From a virus (taxonomy: Duplodnaviria > Caudoviricetes): DNA of 47,128 nt. The DNA lies in IMG/VR virus record IMGVR_UViG_3300042923_001800, positions 1 to 47,128 of that record; one strand, 5' to 3'. The notes under the pieces were generated by a model. The model saw nothing but the letters and a program-made list of their open reading frames with translations. It ran no database searches and was not told the DNA's origin. Below are positions 7,243 to 16,169 of the stretch, piece by piece. Made by a program: the position numbers and the translations under genes. The number at the start of each line of letters is the position of its first letter. Within the stretch, counting starts at the first letter, position 1.

Positions 7243-8103
7243 TTGGCAAATGAATTAGCATTAAAAGACAGAGTATTAAAAGATACCAACTCAGCTCTAA
7301 TGAAACTTATAGACAGCAAGGTGCAGGCAATGCCTAAGGACTTTAACAAGACAAGATTTATGCAAAATTGTATGACAGTGCTTCAGGATACTAACGGTAT
7401 AGAAAAATGTAATCCACTGAGCACTGCAAGAACATTATTAAAGGGTGCATTCCTCGGATTAGATTTTTTTATGAAGGAATGCTACGCGATTCCCTACAAT
7501 GACTACAAAAACAACACTTGCAGCTTGCAGTTCCAAACAGACTTTAAGGGCGAAAGAAAACTCATGAAAAAGTACTCTGTTAGAGCTATCAAGGATATCT
7601 ATGCAAAGGTTGTTCGTGAAAGTGATGAATTTGAGGAGATTGTAAAAGAGGGAATACCAACTATTAATTTTAAAGCCAAACCCTTCAATACTGGAAAGAT
7701 AATAGGAGTGTTTGCAGTTGTGCTCTTTGATGATGGCGGAATGCTTTATGAAACTATGGCAACAGAGGAGATAGAAAAGATAAAGACTAATTTCTCTAAG
7801 AAAGATAAGAACGGTAATTATTCAAAGGCTTGGGAAGCAACTCCTGAGGAAATGTATAAGAAAACAGTAATTAGAAGGCTTCGAAAATCTGTTGAACTTG
7901 AATTCGAAAGCCAAGAACAAGCGCAATCCTTTGAAGAAACTAGCGAGTTTGAATTTAAGAATGCAGCAGAGAAACCTAAGAGCACAGAGAAGTCTCCTTT
8001 TGAAAAGGGTGCAGCTGTTGAAGCCGAGTATGAAGAAGTCCCTACTGGATCCATGTATGAGGGAACACCTTTTGAGGATGGTGGTAATAATGCAGCTAAC
8101 TAA
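7243..8103 (+). CDS. recT: RecT-family ssDNA annealing recombinase
   Basis: GAFLGLD...ECYAIPY, FQTDFKG, W...EEMYKKTVIRR, acidic tail. Confidence 0.93.
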   Translation: MANELALKDRVLKDTNSALMKLIDSKVQAMPKDFNKTRFMQNCMTVLQDTNGIEKCNPLSTARTLLKGAFLGLDFFMKECYAIPYNDYKNNTCSLQFQTDFKGERKLMKKYSVRAIKDIYAKVVRESDEFEEIVKEGIPTINFKAKPFNTGKIIGVFAVVLFDDGGMLYETMATEEIEKIKTNFSKKDKNGNYSKAWEATPEEMYKKTVIRRLRKSVELEFESQEQAQSFEETSEFEFKNAAEKPKSTEKSPFEKGAAVEAEYEEVPTGSMYEGTPFEDGGNNAAN

Positions 8104-8872
8104 AGATAATTACTATTCACCTGAAGCTGATAGAGTTTATATGTCAGTTAGCCAGTTTAAAAGCTTCCGTAAATGTGAAGCTAAAGCAAAAGCTAAGCTT
8201 GATGGCACATGGCAGGAACCTAAAAATGAAGCTTTCTTAATTGGATCATATGTGCATGCCTGGTCAGAAGGAACACTCGCAGAATTTAAAAAAGAACATC
8301 CAGAGCTCTATAAAAAATCTGATGGTGCCTTAATGCAAAAGTTTGATATAGCTGAAAAGATGATAGCGGCTCTTAAGGATGATGAATTTGTAACTATGGT
8401 CCGAGAGGGTCAAAAGGAAGTAATAATGACAGCTGAGCTCTTTGGTGTAGCTTTTAAGTGCATGATAGATATTTATAATCTAGACAGTGAGGTTATCGTG
8501 GACCTTAAGACAACAAGAGAGATACATAAAAAGTACTGGAATGATGATAAGAGAAAATTTGAAAACTTCATAGAGTGTTATGACTATCTATTACAGATGG
8601 CTGTATATGCGGAGATTGATAGGATAAACAGAGGTTCAAATAAATACTTCTTACCCCATATAGTTGCTGTTAGCAAAGAAGATGTACCTGACAAAGCTGT
8701 AATATTCCTTGGAACTGATTATATAGCAGATAAGCTGCTTGAATTAGAATTAGGGATAGGTAGAGTAGTTAGAGTAAAACAAGGCTTAGAAGAGCCAATA
8801 CGTTGCGAGAAATGCGATTACTGTAAGGCAACAAAGAAAATAACTGGTGTAGTACATTACACAGATTTATAA
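8090..8872 (+). CDS. PD-(D/E)XK exonuclease (RecE/DUF3799-like)
   Basis: MSVSQFKSF, KCMID...IVDLKTT, YLLQMAVY, CEKCDYC; start moved to ATG 8090. Confidence 0.88.
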   Translation: MQLTKDNYYSPEADRVYMSVSQFKSFRKCEAKAKAKLDGTWQEPKNEAFLIGSYVHAWSEGTLAEFKKEHPELYKKSDGALMQKFDIAEKMIAALKDDEFVTMVREGQKEVIMTAELFGVAFKCMIDIYNLDSEVIVDLKTTREIHKKYWNDDKRKFENFIECYDYLLQMAVYAEIDRINRGSNKYFLPHIVAVSKEDVPDKAVIFLGTDYIADKLLELELGIGRVVRVKQGLEEPIRCEKCDYCKATKKITGVVHYTDL

Positions 8873-8885
8873 GGAGGAAGTTAAT

Positions 8886-9206
8886 ATGACAACAACATCA
8901 ATGATTCATTGCGAGTTTGATAATAAGGTGAATATAGAATTAAGTGAGGTTCAAGATACTGGAAACGGTACATACAGGACTTTAAATATAGGCTATTCAG
9001 TAACTATATTCATGACAGAAAAACAAGCTGAGCAGCTCTGTGAGATTATGGAGAAAGAGTTATACGATGAACCTACATATAAACAGCTAAACGAAACATG
9101 CATGAAACTTCAAATGAAAGTAGAAGAGCTGGAAGAGAAATTAAGAGAACAAGAAGAAGATAATGAAAGCGCAAGAGAACATTTGAGTTTTCAAGATGTT
9201 ATATAA
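8886..9206 (+). CDS. Hypothetical coiled-coil phage protein
   Basis: 106 aa ORF, SD AAGGAGG. Confidence 0.75.
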   Translation: MTTTSMIHCEFDNKVNIELSEVQDTGNGTYRTLNIGYSVTIFMTEKQAEQLCEIMEKELYDEPTYKQLNETCMKLQMKVEELEEKLREQEEDNESAREHLSFQDVI

Positions 9207-9294
9207 AAATACACCCTTTGGCGAGGGTGCATTCACTGGATTATAAGAATTGGATAAGAGCTCTGAGAAAGCTCTTGTCCCCCACATTATAGCA
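9203..9294 (-). ncRNA. Candidate antisense sRNA with two hairpins
   Basis: Minus-strand TG-C-TATAAT (9286-9294), hairpins 9252-9280 and 9211-9230, then a U-rich run. Confidence 0.4.
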
Positions 9295-9306
9295 CAAAGT
9301 TAGGAG

Positions 9307-9573
9307 ATGGGGAACATGGATAAAAAAAGGCTATATGGTGCAAGACTTGCTGTTTTAACAATAGTCCTTTTAATAAGTAGTATATGCAGCATATCAAATC
9401 TTTATACGAAGAATAAGGAATTTAAGATGATTTACAAAGTTCAACAGGGTGAGAAGCTATCAGATATATCTAGGAAATTCAAAGTAGACAAGCAGGTAAT
9501 CTCAGTTCTGAATGAATGCGGTGAATATATAGCAGAGGGTACAGCTTTGAAGATACCTATTAAAATAGATTGA
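9307..9573 (+). CDS. TM plus LysM domain protein (YneA-like architecture)
   Basis: N-terminal hydrophobic helix then YKVQQGEKLSDISRKF...LN...I.EG..LKIP. Confidence 0.8.
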   Translation: MGNMDKKRLYGARLAVLTIVLLISSICSISNLYTKNKEFKMIYKVQQGEKLSDISRKFKVDKQVISVLNECGEYIAEGTALKIPIKID

Positions 9574-9590
9574 ATAAAAAGTAAAAGATA

Positions 9591-9728
9591 CCCCTCCATA
9601 TTGTGGACCCCTCCACCACAAGGACACTAACTATATATATAAAGATAAATTATATATAAATATATATATTAATTATAAATATTGTTCCCCTCCATATTGT
9701 GGAGGGGGTGCTAATCAATATGGAGGGG
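9591..9728. repeat. Probable replication origin: iterons flanking an AT-rich unwinding element
   Basis: CCCCTCCATATTGTGGA at 9591 and 9687, partial at 9608, inverted copy 9716-9728; nearly pure A/T at 9632-9683. Confidence 0.75.
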
Positions 9729-9752
9729 TATATAAAAAGAGGTGATAAATAA

Positions 9753-10436
9753 TTGGATAAGGTCATAGATAAAACCTCAGGCTTTCATTTCACGATAGTA
9801 GATAATTACATTCTTGAAGGCGCTGAACTAAGTGATAGTGAACAAATAGTTTATATACACCTTAAAAAATATGCTTCAAGCAGCAATTCATGTTTTCCTG
9901 GAGTTCCGACACTAGCCAACAAACTAAAGAGGAGTAAGAACTATGTAAGAGATGTGCTTAAGACCTTAGAAGATAAAGGCTATATTAAAATTGATTATAG
10001 GTACGGTCAAAGCAATGAATATACTTTGCTTCCTTATCCTGAATATGTGACAGAACAGGAGACAAAAGATGAGATAACTGGGGTAGTAAATCTAGGAATA
10101 AGTGATGTGCTTAAATGCTATCAAAATAATATAAATCCAACTTACGGATCTATGGAAAGAGATAAACTTGTAAAATGGTTTGAAGCATTTGAAGAGAATG
10201 CGGAAATTCTCATTAAATCAATTGAAATAGCAGTAGATCAAGGAGCTAGGAAGATTAAATTTATTGAAACGATACTTATTGATTGGAAACAGAATGGAAT
10301 AATTACGGTAGAACAAGCTGAAGCGTATACAAGACTTAGAGAAGAGAAGAAGAGAGGTGGCAAAAGTGGAAGTACTGGCGAGAATACTGGAGCAAGCACG
10401 TCAGAACTCTATGACTTCAGCAAATACGGAGGCTAA
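9753..10436 (+). CDS. Replication initiator (N-terminal winged HTH plus DnaD domain)
   Basis: FTIVDN...CFPGVPTLA...LEDKGYI; FIETILIDWKQNGIITVEQ. Confidence 0.9.
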   Translation: MDKVIDKTSGFHFTIVDNYILEGAELSDSEQIVYIHLKKYASSSNSCFPGVPTLANKLKRSKNYVRDVLKTLEDKGYIKIDYRYGQSNEYTLLPYPEYVTEQETKDEITGVVNLGISDVLKCYQNNINPTYGSMERDKLVKWFEAFEENAEILIKSIEIAVDQGARKIKFIETILIDWKQNGIITVEQAEAYTRLREEKKRGGKSGSTGENTGASTSELYDFSKYGG

Positions 10437-11166
10437 GGAAGTTATATATAAGTGCCCAGCATGCAGAGATTCAGGCTGGGTAATTACAGAGGAAGGCAGA
10501 TATAAACAATGTAAATGTGTGGAGATTGAACATCTTAAAAGACTTTGGGAGAACTTTGGTATCAAGTCTAGTGAAGTCAAAAAGTTAAATGATTATGTGC
10601 CTTTTGATGAAGTTACCAAACAAGCTAAGGAAGAGGCAGTAGAGTACATAACGAGCTTTGAAAAAATTAAATGTAATAGGCAAAACTCCTTTGGATTATT
10701 CGGGCAGCCAGGAGCAGGCAAAAGCCATATTGTTATAGCTGTAGGAGCCGCACTATTAAACAGAAAAGATAACCCTATACCTGTGGTGTATATGCCCTAC
10801 ATAGAAGCCTCCAGAGAGCTTAAAGCCAATGTAAATGATGATGAGTATTATAACAGTTTGTTAAATAGGTATTCCAGGGCCAAGTTATTAATAATTGATG
10901 ATCTATTTAAAGACAAAATGAGAAATGGTGAGCTCATCAAAGGAGCAAGTATTACAGAGGCTGATATGAAACATATATATCCTATTTTGAACTATAGATA
11001 CTCCAATTACTTACCTACGGTGTTTTCTACAGAATGCAGCCCATACATATTAAATGAACTTGATGAGGCTTTGGCTGGCAGAATATTAGAAAGCTGTGGA
11101 GACAACATGATTATCTTTAAAGGTAAACAATATAACTTTAGAATGAGGAAGTTTACGAAAGGATAG
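10357..11166 (+). CDS. DnaC/IstB-like helicase loader ATPase
   Basis: CPACRDSG zinc motif, Walker A GQPGAGKS, Walker B LLIIDDL. Confidence 0.92.
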   Translation: MAKVEVLARILEQARQNSMTSANTEAKEVIYKCPACRDSGWVITEEGRYKQCKCVEIEHLKRLWENFGIKSSEVKKLNDYVPFDEVTKQAKEEAVEYITSFEKIKCNRQNSFGLFGQPGAGKSHIVIAVGAALLNRKDNPIPVVYMPYIEASRELKANVNDDEYYNSLLNRYSRAKLLIIDDLFKDKMRNGELIKGASITEADMKHIYPILNYRYSNYLPTVFSTECSPYILNELDEALAGRILESCGDNMIIFKGKQYNFRMRKFTKG

Positions 11167-11173
11167 GAAAAAT

Positions 11174-11536
11174 ATGAATGCATTCAAAAAAGCTAATAAT
11201 TATTACTCTGAAATGAGATATGAAGAAGCTATAAAGTTTTATGAAAAAGTAGATCCTAAAGATTCAGTTTATAATACGGCTTTATATAATGTAGCTGTAT
11301 GTATGCTAAAACTTAACAGGTATGAGGAAGCAATAGAGGCTTATGGCAAAGTGTTAGATATAAATCCGATACATCACAAGTCAATTTTCAATCTTGGATA
11401 TTGTTATGCCCAGTTAAACAACAAGAAAAAGGCTCTCATATACTTCAATAGAGCATGGGCACTTGATAATGACGATGAGAGCTGCAGTAAAGCTATAAAC
11501 TTAATTTTGAAAACTTACAGGGGGATGGGAAGATGA
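11174..11536 (+). CDS. TPR-repeat protein
   Basis: Three TPR-like repeats (YEEAI..Y.K, N.G..Y). Confidence 0.88.
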   Translation: MNAFKKANNYYSEMRYEEAIKFYEKVDPKDSVYNTALYNVAVCMLKLNRYEEAIEAYGKVLDINPIHHKSIFNLGYCYAQLNNKKKALIYFNRAWALDNDDESCSKAINLILKTYRGMGR

Positions 11537-11655
11537 GAAAAAAGAAACAAAAGGCGGATTCGATGCTTAAAACCATAGCTACTATGAGGCTTGCTAAATC
11601 TATGAATTTTACATTTGAAGAAGCAGCTGGCAAGCTGAAAGCTATGTTCAGGTGA
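11533..11655 (+). CDS. Small basic protein (40 aa)
   Basis: ATGA overlap with TPR gene; fills the gap to the HNH gene. Confidence 0.55.
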   Translation: MRKKKQKADSMLKTIATMRLAKSMNFTFEEAAGKLKAMFR

Positions 11656-11661
11656 TAAAAA

Positions 11662-12327
11662 GTGGATACTAAGATCTGTATTAAATGCAAGGAATCTAAA
11701 CCATTGAATATTGAATACTTCCAACCAAGAAAAGATAGTAAAGATGGATTTAGAAATGAATGTAGAGCATGCACTATTTTGAAGAAAAAAATTTATTACC
11801 AAAATAATAAAAACAGATTTATCGAAGCGGCAAAACAAAACTATGAAAAAAACAAAAGTCACGTTGCTAATCGCAGAAAAGAAAACAAAGAACTATATGT
11901 TAAGCATTGGGCAAAGTACTATAAGGAAAATAAGTCTAAACTTGCAATGTATAAAAGTAAATATAAAAAAGATAATAGAGAAAAATCAAATAGCTATAAA
12001 CAAGTATATAAAGCAAGAAAAAAGTTACTACCAAGTACCTTAACAGCTGAACAATGGGAAGTCATAAAGAAAGCCTTTGATAATAAGTGCGCGTATTGCG
12101 GTCTTGAGAAAGCATTAGAACAGGAGCATTTTATAGCATTATCAAACGGTGGTGAATATACAGCTAATAACATTATATGTGCTTGCAGAAGATGCAATAG
12201 CAGCAAGAATAATAGTAATTTCTTTGAGTGGTATCCTAAACAAGAATTTTATAGTAAAGCAGGAGAAGAAAAAATACTTATTTTTTTAAACTATAAAGAA
12301 GGGATACAGCAATTAAAATTTCTTTAA
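11662..12327 (+). CDS. HNH endonuclease
   Basis: CIKC...CRAC zinc finger; CAYCG...EHFIALSNGG....NII.AC..CNSSK. Confidence 0.9.
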   Translation: MDTKICIKCKESKPLNIEYFQPRKDSKDGFRNECRACTILKKKIYYQNNKNRFIEAAKQNYEKNKSHVANRRKENKELYVKHWAKYYKENKSKLAMYKSKYKKDNREKSNSYKQVYKARKKLLPSTLTAEQWEVIKKAFDNKCAYCGLEKALEQEHFIALSNGGEYTANNIICACRRCNSSKNNSNFFEWYPKQEFYSKAGEEKILIFLNYKEGIQQLKFL

Positions 12328-12382
12328 GACTTAAGGTAATGGATAATGGTCAATTTTCAATGGTTATATAGAGGGTGATATT

Positions 12383-12577
12383 TTGCAGAGATGTTTAATT
12401 TGCAATAGAAAATTGAAAGATGAGGAAAGTATTGAACGGAAGATAGGTCCTTCTTGTTGGCAACTGATTCAAAAGTTAGCCAAAGAAGAAAAAGCTAAAC
12501 GAAAGGGTAGATTAAAGTTTAATAAGAATGAGGTAAAAGGCCAGGTAACAATATTTGAGTTGGAGGATGTTAAATGA
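12383..12577 (+). CDS. DUF6011-like zinc-binding protein
   Basis: RCLICNRKLKDEESIERKIGPSC. Confidence 0.75.
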   Translation: MQRCLICNRKLKDEESIERKIGPSCWQLIQKLAKEEKAKRKGRLKFNKNEVKGQVTIFELEDVK

Positions 12578-12849
12578 GTGAAGAAGAGGTAATAAGTCAA
12601 TTAGAAAGTCTTAAGGATAACTCAGTCGATTTTATGAAATACGATGAAGATGGAGAAGAGGGAATCTGGGGCAAAGACATTAAAGCTTTAAACAAAGCAA
12701 TAGAGGCTATCAACGAAAATGAGAAGCTTAAACAGGAAGCTATATACCACATGAAAAGAAGTGTACAAGCTGAGAGGCTGCTTAAAGAAAATGAATGTTT
12801 CTGCCCTGTATTGCAGAGGAATGAGATAAGGGACTTTTTAAGAAGTTAG
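12574..12849 (+). CDS. Hypothetical phage protein
   Basis: 91 aa ORF with SD GGAGG. Confidence 0.75.
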   Translation: MSEEEVISQLESLKDNSVDFMKYDEDGEEGIWGKDIKALNKAIEAINENEKLKQEAIYHMKRSVQAERLLKENECFCPVLQRNEIRDFLRS

Positions 12850-12864
12850 TTAAGGAGGAACAAA

Positions 12865-13098
12865 ATGAAAGAGTGTTACGGGAATTACATGGAATATCCG
12901 ATATGCAAAGGACATTGCAATTGTGAAGAAAAAGGATGTAGAACTAAAACCAATATTGAAAAGGGTACTTGTGATTGTGAATTTAAAGCTAATTGTCATT
13001 TGGTAAGACAGCATTTACAAGGTCACTTTAAAACCAAAAACCCCGAACATACAAAATTAGATTGCTGGTTTTATTCTGCATTTCTTGGGCAACTTTAG
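12865..13098 (+). CDS. Cys-rich hypothetical protein
   Basis: 77 aa with many Cys; SD AAGGAGG. Confidence 0.7.
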   Translation: MKECYGNYMEYPICKGHCNCEEKGCRTKTNIEKGTCDCEFKANCHLVRQHLQGHFKTKNPEHTKLDCWFYSAFLGQL

Positions 13099-13164
13099 TA
13101 CGCAATACAAAAAATAGGTGCTAGGGGTGCAGCTCCTGAAAAAAAGATGAAGGAGGATGTTTTT

Positions 13165-13284
13165 ATGCAAGATAAGCCAAAGGCGGCTAATAACAGGAAA
13201 GCAAGAGAAGCATTGGAAGCTTTCTTAAAAGTAATGGTGCATAATTCAAATATTACCCCAAAAAACAAAAGACAACCTCATTGA
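13165..13284 (+). CDS. Small hypothetical protein (39 aa)
   Basis: MQDKPKAANNRK...; strong SD AAGGAGG. Confidence 0.55.
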   Translation: MQDKPKAANNRKAREALEAFLKVMVHNSNITPKNKRQPH

Positions 13285-13303
13285 GAAGCTGCCTTCGAGA
13301 ATC

Positions 13304-13477
13304 TTACTTGAAAAATGACTTTATAATACTTTCAAGCAAAACTCTAACTATCCACTTAGCTATATCAGGCGCATTTTTGCGCAAAAGCTCTGTGTCAACA
13401 ATGACAACTTTGCTTTCTAAGGAAATAAAAATAACTAATAAAGATAGTATTAGTAAACCTACTTGTAAATGAGACAT
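13304..13477 (-). CDS. Small membrane peptide (57 aa) opposite to the operon
   Basis: SD GGAGG, MSHLQVGLLILSLLVIFISL..., own terminator at ~13261-13295. Confidence 0.6.
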   Translation of the reverse strand: MSHLQVGLLILSLLVIFISLESKVVIVDTELLRKNAPDIAKWIVRVLLESIIKSFFK

Positions 13478-13645
13478 AATAAACCTCCACATACAACCTA
13501 AAAATTTCTTAGCGTGAGTATATAAAATGTCATCATTTGTAAATTGATTAGTTCATTAGTATATATTTGTTAACTTAAGTAGGTATTTAAATTATGGTCA
13601 CAAATTTTAAAAAATATACCTCGATATAAAAAAGGAGATGTGATA

Positions 13646-13816
13646 ATGGAAGAACAAAAATTAAAAAGGAAAATAAAGAACTTAACATCAAATCTAGCAC
13701 AGCAAGAAGCTGAAAGAACAGGTAAAGACTATCACGAATGTATATCTCCAGCTCTTGATGAAGCATGCAGAAGGCTTGGAGTCAGTGAAAAAGAGTATAT
13801 TAAAATATTTATATAA
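13646..13816 (+). CDS. Small hypothetical protein (56 aa)
   Basis: MEEQKLKRKIKNL...; SD AAGGAG. Confidence 0.65.
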   Translation: MEEQKLKRKIKNLTSNLAQQEAERTGKDYHECISPALDEACRRLGVSEKEYIKIFI

Positions 13817-13840
13817 AAATGAAAGGTAGGTAATGTAAAA

Positions 13841-14080
13841 ATGAAAAACATAGGTATTGTTAGAAAAGTAGATGATTTAGGAAGGATAGTAATTCCAAAG
13901 GAAACTAGAAGAGTTTTAGACATTGAAGAGGGAACACCTTTAGAAATATATATTGAGGGAAAAGATATTATGCTTAGGAAGTATGAAGTAAGCTGTATAT
14001 TCTGTGATGAGGCTTCTGGTGTAACGGAATATAAGGGTAAGAAAATCTGTAAGAGCTGCTTAAAGGAATTAAAAAAATGA
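13841..14080 (+). CDS. abrB: AbrB-family transition-state regulator
   Basis: GIVRKVDDLGRIVIPKE.RR.LDI.E..PLEIY; C-terminal CIFC...ICKSC. Confidence 0.93.
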   Translation: MKNIGIVRKVDDLGRIVIPKETRRVLDIEEGTPLEIYIEGKDIMLRKYEVSCIFCDEASGVTEYKGKKICKSCLKELKK

Positions 14081-14418
14081 GGGACAAGCTGTTAAATACA
14101 GTTAAGCAGGCTGTGGCAGAGGAATTGGGGAGAACCTATTCAGAGTACGGATACAGTGACTTTAATTCAGCTCATGAGGGATATGCAATTATAAAAGAGG
14201 AAATAGAAGAAGCTGAAATTGAGTTAAATAGGATAAAACAAAAGATTGGCTGGGCTTGGGAGTCTATAAAAAGCAATGAAAATCCAGATGATGCAATAGA
14301 TTCAATTAAAAGATATGGAACTTACTTAGCATGTGAAGCTATACAGATTGCTGCTATGGCTGAAAAATATAGATCTTCACTGAATAAACGAAAGGAGGAA
14401 AAGGGGAATGGAAACTAA
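14077..14418 (+). CDS. MazG-like all-alpha hypothetical protein
   Basis: FNSAHEGYAIIKEEIEEA...EAIQIAAMA. Confidence 0.6.
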   Translation: MRDKLLNTVKQAVAEELGRTYSEYGYSDFNSAHEGYAIIKEEIEEAEIELNRIKQKIGWAWESIKSNENPDDAIDSIKRYGTYLACEAIQIAAMAEKYRSSLNKRKEEKGNGN

Positions 14419-14803
14419 ATTTAATCTGGAAACACTCGCCGGTGGAGCTTTCACCGAGAGAGTAAATCAAGCACTTAAGGAGGTAGCAGAAAATATCCTA
14501 GATCCTAACACAGACTGGAAAACTAAAAGGAAAGTGACTATAGATTTAACCTTTGTAACCAAAGAAGATAGAGATTTAACAGAAGTTGACATAGCTGCAA
14601 AGACTAAGTTAGCTCCAAGAACTTCCGTACACACTAAGATACTTTTAGATAAAGACTTTGATGGAGAAGTAATTGCTTCGGAGTTCAAGAAACAAATAGC
14701 TGGACAAACATTCATCAAGGTTGATGCAGAGACAGGTGAGATTCTAAATGAATCCGAAGTAAAACAAAGCTCAGAACTTAAGGGTTTGCAATTAGTAAAG
14801 TAA
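14408..14803 (+). CDS. Conserved phage protein (often annotated replication terminator protein)
   Basis: AGGAF.ERVN......NILDPNT..K.KRKVTI...KTKLAP. Confidence 0.7.
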   Translation: METKFNLETLAGGAFTERVNQALKEVAENILDPNTDWKTKRKVTIDLTFVTKEDRDLTEVDIAAKTKLAPRTSVHTKILLDKDFDGEVIASEFKKQIAGQTFIKVDAETGEILNESEVKQSSELKGLQLVK

Positions 14804-14827
14804 TTAAAATTTAGGAGGAATGTAAAA

Positions 14828-15541
14828 ATGTATAGTGAAAGCAAAGAGGCGTTAGAGTATTTAGTTGGTTTAGGAGCTACTGAAATAATTGAGGTAAATG
14901 GTCAAGAGTATTCAACTAAACAGTTATACCATGTTAAGATGGCAAAGCCTGCACAGCTAAAGACAACAACACTTACAGCTCTAGTGGATTACATAAAATC
15001 AAATATGGATGAGAAGTTTTCAAGGCTATTAGTTCATGTCGTAAGTCCTTCAGAGGTATCACTCTATTCAGAGCTAAGAGATGATTCTGATAGAGAGTGC
15101 TACATGTACTGTGAAGCTCTTACACCAAACAACATAAGATTTAATAATTTCCTTGATACTGAAAGCTTTAACATAATGCTTCAAAGTAGTTTTGTAGAGA
15201 ATAATGATAGAGCATTGTTGCTAAAGGTAACAGGCTGCATAAGAGATAATGCAGTAAAGGAAATAGGAGACGATGGAGTATCTCAAGCGGCTACTATTAA
15301 GACTGGTGTAGCTAGTGTAAATGATGTAAAGATACCTAATCCAGTGACATTAGCACCATACAGAAGTTTCCCAGAGATTAATCAACCTGAGTCGAAGTTT
15401 ATATTTAGAATGCAGAGTGGACCTAAGGCAGCACTATATGAGGCAGATGGTGGAGCATGGAGAAATGAGGCCATGAATAGAATAAAGGAATACTTACAAG
15501 ATATGCTGATAGATGTAGAAGGCATTGAAATAATATCCTAA
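14828..15541 (+). CDS. Conserved phage protein, usual partner of the preceding gene
   Basis: DDGVSQ...KTGV...PNPVTLAPYRSFPEI.QPES.FIFR...ALYEADGGAW. Confidence 0.8.
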   Translation: MYSESKEALEYLVGLGATEIIEVNGQEYSTKQLYHVKMAKPAQLKTTTLTALVDYIKSNMDEKFSRLLVHVVSPSEVSLYSELRDDSDRECYMYCEALTPNNIRFNNFLDTESFNIMLQSSFVENNDRALLLKVTGCIRDNAVKEIGDDGVSQAATIKTGVASVNDVKIPNPVTLAPYRSFPEINQPESKFIFRMQSGPKAALYEADGGAWRNEAMNRIKEYLQDMLIDVEGIEIIS

Positions 15542-15619
15542 TGTATGACTAATAATCAGTGAGGGCACGGTTATACTTCCGTGTTCTCATATGATAATCA
15601 TTACAAAGGAAGTGAATAC

Positions 15620-15985
15620 ATGAAATGCTGTGAAATATGTGGAAGAGAATCAGAAGAGCATCATATAGTTTTCCGAAGTCAAGCAAGCTATATGGTAAAA
15701 GTTGAACTAAATAAAAAGCTACTTTGTCTTGAACATCATAAAGGTAATGATGGACCACATTTAAATAGAAAAACTGATTTGAAATATAAACTAGAGCTGC
15801 AGAAAAAGCTATTTGAACTATTCAGCAAGGATTACTATAAAGCACCGGAGATAATGGAACTTCTAGGATTAACAGAGTTAAATATGTTTAGCTTCATAAA
15901 GATATTAAATCCAGTTGGAGACAAAGGGTTTGAAAGGCTAGATATAGTGATGAGGTGCATGGGAGGAAAGCTCTATGGAGTTTAG
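15620..15985 (+). CDS. HNH-like protein
   Basis: CEICG....HHIVFRS......N...LC..HH; start moved to ATG 15620. Confidence 0.75.
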   Translation: MKCCEICGRESEEHHIVFRSQASYMVKVELNKKLLCLEHHKGNDGPHLNRKTDLKYKLELQKKLFELFSKDYYKAPEIMELLGLTELNMFSFIKILNPVGDKGFERLDIVMRCMGGKLYGV

Positions 15986-16151
15986 AGAGTTATCAGCACA
16001 TGAGAAAGCTGCAATAACACATAGAGACCTACAAAAGAGGAAAGGACTCAGGGAAAAGGGTAAGCAAGAAGCAATGGACCATCTCTTTGAAAATACTTAT
16101 AGGATACAAAAAGCCAAGAGAGGTATAAAAAAGAGCAAGCCAGTATGGTAA
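15975..16151 (+). CDS. Small basic protein (58 aa)
   Basis: MEFRELSAHEK...; SD GGAGG. Confidence 0.6.
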   Translation: MEFRELSAHEKAAITHRDLQKRKGLREKGKQEAMDHLFENTYRIQKAKRGIKKSKPVW

Positions 16152-16169
16152 GCAAGGAGGGATTAGGTA

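Noticed and set aside
7892-8089. N-terminal extension of the exonuclease ORF in the ORF track
   Set aside because: Overlaps recT out of frame; the SD and family-like N-terminus point to ATG 8090
13118-13140. tRNA-like T-loop hairpin GGGGTGCAGCTCCT
   Set aside because: Single short hairpin, no cloverleaf; no tRNA gene supportable anywhere in the window
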